From contig DASUGH010000094.1 of NCBI GenBank assembly GCA_036274155.1, forward strand, positions 1,744 through 65,743: a DNA stretch of 64,000 bases, read 5' to 3'. The DNA comes from Vicinamibacterales bacterium. Its GTDB lineage: Bacteria; Acidobacteriota; Vicinamibacteria; Vicinamibacterales; UBA2999. Position 1 is the stretch's first letter. Every line of letters starts with the position of its first letter. The position numbers and the translations under genes were made by a program. Below, one piece after another: positions 55,183 through 64,000 of the stretch. The notes under the pieces are model-generated. The model ran no database searches. It worked only from the letters and a program-made list of their open reading frames with translations, and was not told where the DNA came from.

Positions 55183-57960
55183 ATGCAAGCACACCGACAG
55201 CATGCTGATGACGTCCTCGCCGCGCTCCGAACCGACCGCAGGCAGGGCCTGACCGACGCCGAGGCCGCGTTGCGGCTCGACGAGTACGGCCGCAACGAGC
55301 TTGCGACCGAGAAGGCCACGCCGGCGTGGGCGCGGTTCCTCGCGCAGTTTCAAGACGTACTGGTCATCCTCTTACTCATCGCCACCGGTGTCTCCGTCGC
55401 GCTGTGGGCCTACGAGCGTGACGCGCCGCTTCCTTACGAAGCCATTGCCATCCTCGCGGTCGTCCTGCTCAACGCCACTCTGGGCTACGTCCAGGAGTCG
55501 CGAGCAGAGGCCGCCGTAGCCGCTCTGCGGGCGATGTCGGCGGCAGACGCGGCGGTCATTCGCAACGGAGAACGGCGCAGCATCCGCGCCGCGGAGATCG
55601 TCCCCGGCGACATCATCCTGATCGAGGAAGGCGACACCATCCCCGCCGACGGGCGGCTCCTGGAATCGGCCGCCCTGCAGACGGCCGAGGCCGCGCTCAC
55701 CGGCGAAAGCCTGCCGGTGTCGAAGGATACCGGCGCCATCGCCGACGACGTGTCGTTGGGTGACCGCCACAACATGATTTACAGCGGGACGACGGCCACA
55801 TACGGACGTGGCAAAGCTGTCGTGACGGCGACCGGCATGCAGACCGAAATCGGCCGCATCGCCGGACTTCTGAAAGCAACGCCCGAGGAGCCGACGCCAC
55901 TTCAACGGGAGCTCGATCGGACCGGAAAACTGCTGGGGATGGCCGTCGTCGCGATAGCCATCGTGATGATCGCGACCATCATCATTGTCGAGAACGTCCG
56001 TGGCCTGCCGGCCCTTCTCGACGTGCTCATTCTCGGCGTGGCTCTGGCCGTCGCGGCGGTGCCCGAGGGGCTGCCCGCTGTGGTCACGGCCGTCCTGGCG
56101 CTCGGTGTTCAACGGATGGCGCGGCGGAACGCGATCGTCCGGCACCTGGCCGCCGTCGAGACGCTGGGCTCGGCCACCGTCATCGCGTCCGACAAGACGG
56201 GCACGTTGACGAGAAACGAAATGACCGTGCGCGTGGTCGTGACGGCCAGCGGGCGCGTGACGTTCGGCGGATCCGGGTACGCCCCGGACGGCGACGTGCA
56301 ACGAGAGGAAGGGGGACCTGTTGACGGGCCGCTCCAGCTCGAACTGGAGCGCGCGCTCTGTGCTGCGGATCGCGCCAACAACGCCAGCGTCACCCCGCAC
56401 AACGGACGATGGATCGTGCACGGGGACCCGACCGAGGGTGCCCTGCTCGTTGCGGCGCGGAAGGCGGGCGTCCGGACGGAGGTGCTCGAAGCGCGTTTAC
56501 CGCGCGTGAGCGAGGTGCCGTTCTCCTCCGAGCGAAAGCTCATGAGCACCCTGCATCGTGACACCGAGCAGCAGGACAGGGGGATTGTGTTCACCAAGGG
56601 GGCGCCTGATGTTCTGCTGACCCGCTGCAGCCGCGAGCTCGCGGGTGACGAGCGCCGCCCGCTGACGCCTGAGCGCCGGGCGGAGATTCTTCGAATCAAC
56701 GACGCGCTTGCCGGTCAGGCGCTGCGGACACTGGGTGTTGCCGCCCGCTGGCTGCCGGGCGATGCGATCGCGGCGCATGCCAGTCATCCTGATGAAAGCG
56801 TCGAACAGGACCTGGTGTTCGCTGGGCTGATCGGCATGATCGACCCGCCGCGCCAGGAAGCCCGGGACGCGGTCGCGCGAGCACGAAACGCCGGAATCCG
56901 GCCGCTCATGATCACCGGCGATCATCCGCGGACCGCCGCCGTCATCGCCAGGGAGCTTGGCATCGCGGAAGACTGCCGCGCCGTCACTGGTGCCGAGCTC
57001 GAGGCGATGCCGCACAACGAGCAGGCGGCCACGGTTGCACGCGTGTCCGTCTACGCGCGCGTCAATCCTGAGCACAAGCTGCACATTGTCGACGCCCTGC
57101 GACGACGCGGCGCCATCGTGGCGATGACCGGCGACGGCGTCAACGATGCACCGGCACTGAAGAAGGCGGATATCGGCGTGGCGATGGGGGTTACCGGGAC
57201 GGACGTCTCGAAGGAGGCGGCCGACATGGTCCTCGCCGACGACAACTTCGCCACGATTGTCGCAGCGGTCGAAGAGGGCCGCGCGATCTTCGCCAACATC
57301 CGGAAGTTCCTGCGCTATCTGCTGTCGTCGAACATCGGAGAGGTTCTGACGATGTTCTTCGGCGTGCTGCTCGCGGAGCGCCTCGGCCTGGGAGCGGAAG
57401 GCGGCGTCGTTGTCCTGCCACTGCTTGCCAGCCAGATCCTGTGGATCAACCTGGTCACCGACGGACCGCCGGCGCTCGCGCTCGGTGTCGACCCGGCGGG
57501 CGAAGACGTGATGCACCAGCCACCACGGCCTGCCGGCGAAGGCGTGCTCACGCCACAGATGTGGCGCGGCATCGCGATCGTTGGAGTCATCATGGGGGCC
57601 GGTACGTTGTTCGCGCTCGACGCCTCCCTGCCGGGCGGGTTCGTCGACGGGTCGGGCAGTCTGCCCTACGCGCAGACGATGGCGTTCACGACCTTGATGC
57701 TGTTTCAGATCGTCAATGTCGTGAACGCGCGCTCGGATCACATCAGTGCCTTCGTCGGCCTCTTCACCAATCGCTGGCTCTGGAGCGCGGTGGCGTTGTC
57801 AGTCGCACTGCAGGTGACCGTGGTGTACGCGCCCGTTCTGCAAAAGGCGTTTGGAACCGTCGCGCTCAGCGCCGGCGACTGGCTGCGTTGTGTCGCCATC
57901 GCCAGCTCGGTGTTGTGGCTGAGGGAGATCGACAAGCTGTTCGCGCGGCGACGCCGTTGA
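55183..57960 (+). CDS. cation-transporting P-type ATPase (P2, Ca2+-ATPase-like)
   Basis: Motifs are TGES, PEGLPAVVT, the phosphorylation site DKTGTLT, MITGDHP and TGDGVNDAPALKKADIGVAMG. About 10 TM segments. 925 aa. Confidence 0.92.
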   Translation: MQAHRQHADDVLAALRTDRRQGLTDAEAALRLDEYGRNELATEKATPAWARFLAQFQDVLVILLLIATGVSVALWAYERDAPLPYEAIAILAVVLLNATLGYVQESRAEAAVAALRAMSAADAAVIRNGERRSIRAAEIVPGDIILIEEGDTIPADGRLLESAALQTAEAALTGESLPVSKDTGAIADDVSLGDRHNMIYSGTTATYGRGKAVVTATGMQTEIGRIAGLLKATPEEPTPLQRELDRTGKLLGMAVVAIAIVMIATIIIVENVRGLPALLDVLILGVALAVAAVPEGLPAVVTAVLALGVQRMARRNAIVRHLAAVETLGSATVIASDKTGTLTRNEMTVRVVVTASGRVTFGGSGYAPDGDVQREEGGPVDGPLQLELERALCAADRANNASVTPHNGRWIVHGDPTEGALLVAARKAGVRTEVLEARLPRVSEVPFSSERKLMSTLHRDTEQQDRGIVFTKGAPDVLLTRCSRELAGDERRPLTPERRAEILRINDALAGQALRTLGVAARWLPGDAIAAHASHPDESVEQDLVFAGLIGMIDPPRQEARDAVARARNAGIRPLMITGDHPRTAAVIARELGIAEDCRAVTGAELEAMPHNEQAATVARVSVYARVNPEHKLHIVDALRRRGAIVAMTGDGVNDAPALKKADIGVAMGVTGTDVSKEAADMVLADDNFATIVAAVEEGRAIFANIRKFLRYLLSSNIGEVLTMFFGVLLAERLGLGAEGGVVVLPLLASQILWINLVTDGPPALALGVDPAGEDVMHQPPRPAGEGVLTPQMWRGIAIVGVIMGAGTLFALDASLPGGFVDGSGSLPYAQTMAFTTLMLFQIVNVVNARSDHISAFVGLFTNRWLWSAVALSVALQVTVVYAPVLQKAFGTVALSAGDWLRCVAIASSVLWLREIDKLFARRRR

Positions 57961-58191
57961 CGCGTTGCGCCACGTCGGGCGCGAGTCGGTCGTCTCTCAG
58001 GAGCCGTCGCGAGAATTTTCGCGGAGGTGGGAAATCGTTCGCGCCGCCGGGCGCGACGTCGTAAGCGGTCACGCGCCTGCCCTGACGCCTCCCACAGCAA
58101 AATCAACAGCCCGATCGGGGCACGACAGTTGCAGCTCGCCGGCCCGGCATCTCTTCACAACCGCTTTTGGATCTCTGTGCAGGTGGACACC

Positions 58192-58746
58192 ATGAGAGCG
58201 ACTCGCCACTTCTGGCTCGCACTGCTGCTCCCCATCGTCTTCTCTGGCTGCGGCGGCACCGAACAACCGGTGACGGCAGCGACGACGCCTTCCCCGAAGG
58301 CACATGCGAACATGCTCCAGTTCATGCGCGCCTTCCCGTTCCCGCACTCGAACGTCATCTTCGACACACAGAGCCGCGACCCCGAGAGCCAGGAGAAGAA
58401 GGCCTCGATGTCGTTCAGCGTGTACCGGTGGGGTGATTCGGACACGTATGCCGGATGGGCGGGCGTGGAGAACAGCGCCCTCGCGCTGGCCGATATGGCG
58501 CCGCTGCTGCTGATTCCGCGCGCGTGTTCCAACGGCAAGGCGGCGCCGGTCGATCGCGAGGATTGGAAGAAGGCGGTGCAGGGGCTGGTGACCACGAGCG
58601 ACGAGGTGCTGAAAGCCGCGAAGACCAGGAACCAGGACGTCATGCTCGATGCGTCGGAAAAGCTGTCGAACGCCTGTGCCGCCTGCCACGACATCTATCG
58701 CGATGTCGATCTCTCGGGCGGGGAGCGGTGTAGCGTCAAGCCATAG
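58192..58746 (+). CDS. class II cytochrome c (cytochrome c'/c556-like) lipoprotein
   Basis: The ATG at 58192 gives a lipobox (LLLPIVFSGC). A single CxxCH heme motif lies near the C-terminus (CAACHDIYRD), which is the class II arrangement. The body is predicted helical. Confidence 0.55.
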   Translation: MRATRHFWLALLLPIVFSGCGGTEQPVTAATTPSPKAHANMLQFMRAFPFPHSNVIFDTQSRDPESQEKKASMSFSVYRWGDSDTYAGWAGVENSALALADMAPLLLIPRACSNGKAAPVDREDWKKAVQGLVTTSDEVLKAAKTRNQDVMLDASEKLSNACAACHDIYRDVDLSGGERCSVKP

Positions 58747-58960
58747 ACGCGTCATCGTCCATCGATGCGGCGGGCGAGGTCCAGACCACTCACTCGTCGC
58801 ATCGACAGGCGCTGCCTGCTCGCAACCGGCAATCCCCCGGTTTCTGCCCACCCCGGTAGATTTCCTGGCGTAACACGTCCTGATCGCTTGTTGACCGCCA
58901 ACCGACGAGGTAGGCTTGCGCTGCCCCGTCGACAGCCAGGCGGCTCCGGCGACCTGCCAG

Positions 58961-59545
58961 ATGGCCCAGTCTTCTTCGAACGTGACCGACCTGCTGCTCG
59001 CCTGGAGCGGCGGGAAGCGCGCTGCGCTGGACCAGCTCATTCCGTTGGTTCACGGCGAGCTGCTGGCGCTGGCGCGGCGGCACATGGCGCGCGAGCGCGC
59101 GCATCACACCTTGCAAGCCACGGCGCTCGTCAACGAGGCGTTCCTGCGAATGGTCGACATGCGGCGCGTCGAGTGGCGCGACCGGGCGCATTTCTTCGCC
59201 GTGGCCGCACGCGTCATGCGTCATGTCCTCGTCGATCTCGCCCGTTCGAAACAGTTTCAGAAGCGAGGCGGCCGGGCAGTTCACGTCTCGCTGGACGATG
59301 CCGGACCGCTGGCGGCGGCTTCCGGCTATGACGTGGTGGGGTTGAACGATGCGCTCGATTCCCTGGCGGAGGTCGACCCACGTCGCGGCAAGGTCGTCGA
59401 GCTGCGAATCTTCGGTGGGCTGACGATCGAGGAGACGGCTGCAACGCTGAACGTGTCGACCGATACGGTGACGCGTGACTGGCGGCTCGCCAAAGCGTGG
59501 CTCGGCCGCGAGCTGGCACGAGCGACTCAGGACACTCGCGCATGA
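58961..59545 (+). CDS. ECF-type RNA polymerase sigma factor (TIGR02999 / ECF43-like)
   Basis: The N-terminus VTDLLLAWSGGKRAALDQLIPLVHGELLALARRHMARERAHHTLQATALVNEAFLRM is the signature of this family. Region 4 is VVELRIFGGLTIEETAATLNVSTDTVTRDWRLAKAWL. No anti-sigma gene is adjacent. Confidence 0.88.
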   Translation: MAQSSSNVTDLLLAWSGGKRAALDQLIPLVHGELLALARRHMARERAHHTLQATALVNEAFLRMVDMRRVEWRDRAHFFAVAARVMRHVLVDLARSKQFQKRGGRAVHVSLDDAGPLAAASGYDVVGLNDALDSLAEVDPRRGKVVELRIFGGLTIEETAATLNVSTDTVTRDWRLAKAWLGRELARATQDTRA

Positions 59546-62538
59546 CCGAGCCGCGTTGGCAACGCTTGTCGCAGGTGTACGACGCGGCGCTGGCGCTGGC
59601 TCCCGACGCGCGCGCCGGGTTTCTCGAGAGCGCGTGCGGCGGCGATTGGAAACTGCGTGCCGACGTGGAATCGCTACTCCGGCACGGACTCCCTTCCACT
59701 CCAGCAATTGAAGCAATGGCCGCCGTGCTCGCGCGATCGTCCGCGCCACAGGTCGGCAGCCGTATGGGCCCGTACCGGATCGATTCGCTCATCGGCGAAG
59801 GCGGTATGGGACAGGTCTATCGCGCACGCGACCAGCAGCTGCAGCGCGACGTCGCCATCAAGGTGCTGCCGCCGGTGTTCGCGCTGGACGCGAATCGCCG
59901 TGCCCGATTCGAGCGCGAAGCCCGGGTGCTCGCCTCCCTCAACCACCCGCACATCGCGGCGATCTACGGCCTGGTGGAGGGCGAGGGACATCGCGGGCTC
60001 GTGCTGGAGCTGGTCGAGGGCGAGACGTTGGCGGAGCGCCTGCAACGGGGTGCGGCGAGCGGCGCCGGGCTGCCGTTGGCGGAGGTCGTGGGAATCGCTC
60101 GCCTACTGGTGGAGGCACTCGATGCCGCACACGAGCGCGGCATCGTCCATAGAGATCTCAAGCCTGCCAATATCAAGATCTCGTCTGACGGCGTGGTGAA
60201 GGTCCTGGATTTCGGACTGGCCACGGCGGTGGCGCGGGATGGGTCAGGCGCCGATCTGACGCGATCGCCGACCATCACAGTTGGCGCCACGGGTGAGGGC
60301 GTTCTGCTGGGGACCGCGCCGTACATGAGTCCCGAGCAGGCCCGCGGACAAGCGGTCGACAAGCGCACCGACATCTGGGCGTTCGGCTGCGTGCTCTACG
60401 AGATGCTCACCGGACGCGCCGCGTTCGCGGGCGCCACCCTCGCCGACACGCTCGCCGCTATCGTCGGCCGCGACCCCGATTGGAGGGCACTTCCCGATAA
60501 CACGCCAGCGGGGCTCGCGCAGATGGTTCGACGCTGCCTCGAGAAGAACCTCAGGCGGCGGCTTCGAGACATTGGCGATGCGTTCAGCGCGCTTGATGAA
60601 GAAGCCAAGGATGCTCGAGAGCTCGTCGTTGGCACCGCCTCGCCCCGCCTGTCAGCGCGTCTTGCGTGGTCGGCCGCTGCGCTCATCCTCGCAGTGGCCA
60701 TCTCGGCCGTGGTCCTGAACCGCAGCGGCGGTCGAACCCCGGTCGTCCGACTGTCGAAGACCGCGGACCTATTTAGTCTGATCACATCGGATGACAGCTT
60801 CTCGACAGAGCCCGCGATTTCACGCGACGGGTCGTTAGTCGCCTACGCATCTGATCGCGCCGGCAACGGACAGCTCGACCTCTGGTTACAACACACCTCA
60901 GGTGGTCCGCCCATCCAGCTGACGTTCAATCCGGCCGATGACCGGGAGCCGAGCTTTTCGCCCGACGGCAGCCGCATCGCGTTTCGATCAGATCGCGACG
61001 GTGGCGGTATCTACGTCATGAACGCCCTCGCCGGTGAGACGCACATGCCAGCCCAACTCGTGGTAGAGGGAGGACGCGGCCCGCGCTTTTCGCCGGATCG
61101 AACCGGGACCCGAATCGCTTACTGGAGCGGCGGCGCCTGGCTCGCCGGTCCCAGAGGTGATGGGTTCAAAGTGTTCATCGTGTCGGCAAACGGAGGCCGT
61201 CCAAGTCAGGTCGCAGAGGGGTTTCGCACCGCGACGATGCCGATCTGGTCTCCCGACGGGCGCAGCCTGCTGTTCTTCGGGCGGAAATCCGGAGACGTGT
61301 CAGCACCCTCCAACGGCTTCGACTGGTGGTGGGCTGCCCTCGATGACGGCCAACCTGTGGCCACCCGAGCGTACAAAGTCCTGGCCGGCCGTGGCTTTCG
61401 CGACATCGATGGTGACGGCGAGCTCGCCGTTCTGCCGTCTGCGTGGACCAGCACCGGCGTCCTCTTCTCCGCGCGTCGCGGCGAGACGTCCAACCTGTGG
61501 CGGCTTGGTGTGTCGCAGCGCGATGGCAGCGCCAGCGAGGGAACGCTCGAACCACTCACCAGCGGGACGGGTGCGAATGTCCTGCCTGCAAGCGACGAGG
61601 CAGGCCGCATCGTGTTTCAAGCCGCAGACGAGGCGGCGGTATCGTTGACGCTTAAGCTCGAGCCAAACACCGGGAAAGTACTGGAGTCCACCATTGTTCG
61701 GCAGACCTACGACGCTGGCGGCCGCGAGGCTCGCAACAGCCTCGACCAGACGGGTCGTCTTCTCGCGTTTGCAAGAATAAAGAAAGATGAGCGCCAGTTC
61801 TGGGTGAAGGACCTGAAAACCGGTCAGGAACGTCCCGTGATATCGGTGCAGGACGGCGCCCCGACCATTTCGCCGGACGGAACGACGATCGCCTACGTTG
61901 TGTCTGAGAAAGGCGTGCAAGCCGGTTACACCGTACGTGTTTCCGGTGGCATGGCGACGAAACTGTGCGAGCCTTGCATTCTTCACGGATGGCTCCATGA
62001 CAGTCGCCGTATCCTCGCCACCCACCCTGCTGATTCTCGCGTGATCGTCATCGATACGGCAGATAACACGACACAGGATCTTATCGTCCGTCCCAGCATC
62101 GCGCTCGGCCGCCTGATCTTGTCGAAGGACGAGCGCTGGCTCGCCATCGACGAGGTGGAGCCCGTGGGGAGGAACTCTCAGGGGCCGCTGCACATTTGGC
62201 TGGCGCCGGTGCATCCCGACCGGCCCTCGTTTGAAAGTGAGTGGGTGAAGATACGAACCAAGCTGCCTGGGTCCGCGGAACGCGCATGCGGCTGGTCGCC
62301 CGACGGGCAACTGCTATATCTGCTTCTCGAGCGCGACGGCTTTCGCGACCTGTACGCCCAGCGTATCGATCGGGCGCGCGGCACAACCGTCGGCCAGCCA
62401 TTTCTCGTCCAGCCCTTGAATGACCCACGACGGCGCTGGGGATCGACACCGCTCGGCTCCGCCATCGTCAGCGATGCCTTCGTCTTTAACCAGGTAGAGC
62501 AGACAGGACAGATCTGGCTTCTGGATCTACCGAGATAG
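59542..62538 (+). CDS. Ser/Thr protein kinase with N-terminal extension, TM helix and TolB/PD40-type beta-propeller
   Basis: The start ATG overlaps the sigma stop (ATGA at 59542-59545). Motifs are [26 protein letters not shown] and PYMSPEQ. TM helix [21 protein letters not shown]40 repeats are [36 protein letters not shown] and SPDGQLLY. Confidence 0.9.
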   Translation: MTEPRWQRLSQVYDAALALAPDARAGFLESACGGDWKLRADVESLLRHGLPSTPAIEAMAAVLARSSAPQVGSRMGPYRIDSLIGEGGMGQVYRARDQQLQRDVAIKVLPPVFALDANRRARFEREARVLASLNHPHIAAIYGLVEGEGHRGLVLELVEGETLAERLQRGAASGAGLPLAEVVGIARLLVEALDAAHERGIVHRDLKPANIKISSDGVVKVLDFGLATAVARDGSGADLTRSPTITVGATGEGVLLGTAPYMSPEQARGQAVDKRTDIWAFGCVLYEMLTGRAAFAGATLADTLAAIVGRDPDWRALPDNTPAGLAQMVRRCLEKNLRRRLRDIGDAFSALDEEAKDARELVVGTASPRLSARLAWSAAALILAVAISAVVLNRSGGRTPVVRLSKTADLFSLITSDDSFSTEPAISRDGSLVAYASDRAGNGQLDLWLQHTSGGPPIQLTFNPADDREPSFSPDGSRIAFRSDRDGGGIYVMNALAGETHMPAQLVVEGGRGPRFSPDRTGTRIAYWSGGAWLAGPRGDGFKVFIVSANGGRPSQVAEGFRTATMPIWSPDGRSLLFFGRKSGDVSAPSNGFDWWWAALDDGQPVATRAYKVLAGRGFRDIDGDGELAVLPSAWTSTGVLFSARRGETSNLWRLGVSQRDGSASEGTLEPLTSGTGANVLPASDEAGRIVFQAADEAAVSLTLKLEPNTGKVLESTIVRQTYDAGGREARNSLDQTGRLLAFARIKKDERQFWVKDLKTGQERPVISVQDGAPTISPDGTTIAYVVSEKGVQAGYTVRVSGGMATKLCEPCILHGWLHDSRRILATHPADSRVIVIDTADNTTQDLIVRPSIALGRLILSKDERWLAIDEVEPVGRNSQGPLHIWLAPVHPDRPSFESEWVKIRTKLPGSAERACGWSPDGQLLYLLLERDGFRDLYAQRIDRARGTTVGQPFLVQPLNDPRRRWGSTPLGSAIVSDAFVFNQVEQTGQIWLLDLPR

Positions 62539-62746
62539 AACCGCGTTTCGAGCCGTCGCGAAACGACTTGTCGCGCCGTGCGGCAAGCCTCCGGTCTTCT
62601 CGCCGAGACCCGTCACTCCGAATTCTTCGCTTTCCCTGCGGTAAACGAGGCCCCTTTTCTCGCTCTTGTCGGTGAGGGGGCAGTTGGATCGATTCAGCGT
62701 TCCCCAGCTGCGAGATCCATCTGTCCGCCGGACAGGAGGAAATGCC

Positions 62747-64000
62747 ATGAAACGCGAGGGAACGGGGACTGGCATCATCGGTCGACTTCCGAAGAACACG
62801 CGCCACTTTCGGTTGGATGCCGCACTTCTGACCATGGCATTCGTGCTGGCGCCTGCTGCCGCACGGGCCAACGCCGTTGACTACTGGAGCGACATCGCCG
62901 CGCAGGTCGCAGTGGCGCCGCCACAAAGTCGCGCGGGACTGGCCCAGATCGATCTCGCCTACGTCCACATCGCCATCTATGACGCGGTGAACGCAATCGA
63001 TCGCCGGTATTCGGCATTCGCCGTCAGTCCGACGACGAATCCGCGCGGGGCTTCAATGGATGCCGCCACGGCATCGGCGGCGTACACGATGCTGAAATGG
63101 CTGTTTCCTTCGGCCAGCGCGGCGACGGTCCTGGATGCCGCCTACGTGACCTATCTCCTGGGCATTCCTGACGGTACCAGCAAGAGCCGCGGCATTGCTG
63201 TCGGTGCGGAAGTCGCCAACGCCTTCATCGCCCTGCGAACGGGCGATGGACGGAACCTGCCGGTTCCATACACCTTCGGCGCGCCGTTTCCCGGCGTCTA
63301 TCAGCAGACGCCTGGAGGACCGGCGACACCGGTCGGCACCTGGGTCGGCCAGATGAAAACGTTCGCCATCGACAGCGCGACGCAGTTCCGGGCCGACGGA
63401 CCACCGGACCTGACGAGCGCGCAGTGGGCAGACGACTTCAACGAGACGAAGCATTATGGTGCGCTCACCAACTCGTTGCGCACGCCTCTGCAGACGCAGA
63501 TTGGTCAGTTCTTCGCCGAGAATCCCGGCGCCCAGACGAATCGCAACGTTCGTCAGGTCGCCATCGCCCACGGCCTGTCGGTCGCCGACAGCGCACGGTT
63601 CTTCGCCCAGGCCTACGTCACGATGGCTGACGCACAGATCACGACGTGGAATTCGAAGTACCACTACAACTTCTGGCGGCCGGTCACCGCGATTCAATAT
63701 CTGGACGATGGCAACCCGGCGACGGAGCCAGACCTCTCATGGACGCCGCTCGTCGTGACGCCTGGCCATCCTGAATACCCTGCCGCGCATCCGACGATCA
63801 GCGGAGCGTTCGCCTTCGCGATCGCGCAGTTCTTTGGCACCAAGAAGGTCGCGGTCGCGCTCACCAGCACGTCCGTGCCCAACACGGGTGGGCTGATGAC
63901 ACTCGACTTCACCAACACCGACGACATCGTCAAGACGGCCATCGAAGGCCGCATCTACGGCGGGATGCACTACCGGACGTCCGGCGTTCACGGTGCGGTC
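62747..64000 (+). CDS. PAP2-superfamily / vanadium-haloperoxidase-like exported protein (3'-partial, runs off window)
   Basis: It is not in the supplied track because it has no stop. A GGAGGA RBS lies at 62735-62740 and the ATG at 62747. By manual translation, 418 codons are open to the window end. Signal-like segment is LLTMAFVLAPAAARA. All three PAP2 motifs are present: KYHYNFWRP (KxxxxxxRP), PEYPAAHP (PSGH-like) and GRIYGGMHYR (RxxxxxH). Confidence 0.75.
   Translation, partial: MKREGTGTGIIGRLPKNTRHFRLDAALLTMAFVLAPAAARANAVDYWSDIAAQVAVAPPQSRAGLAQIDLAYVHIAIYDAVNAIDRRYSAFAVSPTTNPRGASMDAATASAAYTMLKWLFPSASAATVLDAAYVTYLLGIPDGTSKSRGIAVGAEVANAFIALRTGDGRNLPVPYTFGAPFPGVYQQTPGGPATPVGTWVGQMKTFAIDSATQFRADGPPDLTSAQWADDFNETKHYGALTNSLRTPLQTQIGQFFAENPGAQTNRNVRQVAIAHGLSVADSARFFAQAYVTMADAQITTWNSKYHYNFWRPVTAIQYLDDGNPATEPDLSWTPLVVTPGHPEYPAAHPTISGAFAFAIAQFFGTKKVAVALTSTSVPNTGGLMTLDFTNTDDIVKTAIEGRIYGGMHYRTSGVHGAV

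Noticed and set aside
1-64000. Search for tRNA, rRNA, transposase, integrase, phage or toxin-antitoxin genes, and for classic defence systems.
   Set aside because: No T-loop-like GGTTCGA(A/G)TCC segments, rRNA-like conserved stretches or DDE/tyrosine-recombinase-like ORFs were seen by eye. Small structured RNAs cannot be excluded without tRNAscan-SE/Infernal.

Overview
High-GC bacterial chromosomal window with about 42 protein-coding genes. I saw no rRNA, tRNA, CRISPR array, transposase, integrase or phage genes. The gene families suggest Acidobacteriota, but this is inference only: a TIGR03436-like VWA protein, a TIGR02999-like ECF sigma factor coupled to a Ser/Thr kinase, kinase-PD40 propeller fusions, and TonB-dependent receptors with carboxypeptidase-regulatory-like N-termini. 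The window is dominated by exported or periplasmic enzymes and by signalling proteins: four Ser/Thr kinases, one two-component system and one ECF sigma factor. The most system-like region is 34.5-55 kb. There, a propeller/Y_Y_Y sensor kinase with a NarL-type regulator sits between a TonB-dependent receptor operon and exported enzymes of poorly characterised families. These include three paralogues of an HxH hydrolase, a triple NTF2-like protein and an alpha/beta hydrolase. Next to it lies an orphan catabolic operon (bicupin, HpcH aldolase, HxH hydrolase, SDR, MFS) that diverges from a BKACE enzyme. Other notable items are listed below.
- An ECF sigma factor is translationally coupled (ATGA overlap) to a kinase and has no anti-sigma gene.
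- Five same-strand genes at 20-25 kb encode exported proteins: two cupins, two PAL-like NHL propellers and a PQQ dehydrogenase.
- Gly/Arg/Ala/Pro low-complexity insertions recur in at least seven unrelated exported proteins.
- There are at least four families of intergenic repeats: two MITE-like elements, REP-like CTGAAG hairpins, and a palindromic CCGTCAAT element.
- One real gene, a PAP2/vanadium-haloperoxidase-like protein at 62747 to the window end, is missing from the supplied ORF track because it runs off the edge.
Many long ORFs in the track are off-frame or antisense artefacts of high GC and were rejected. All family assignments come from motif recognition by eye. No database search was run.
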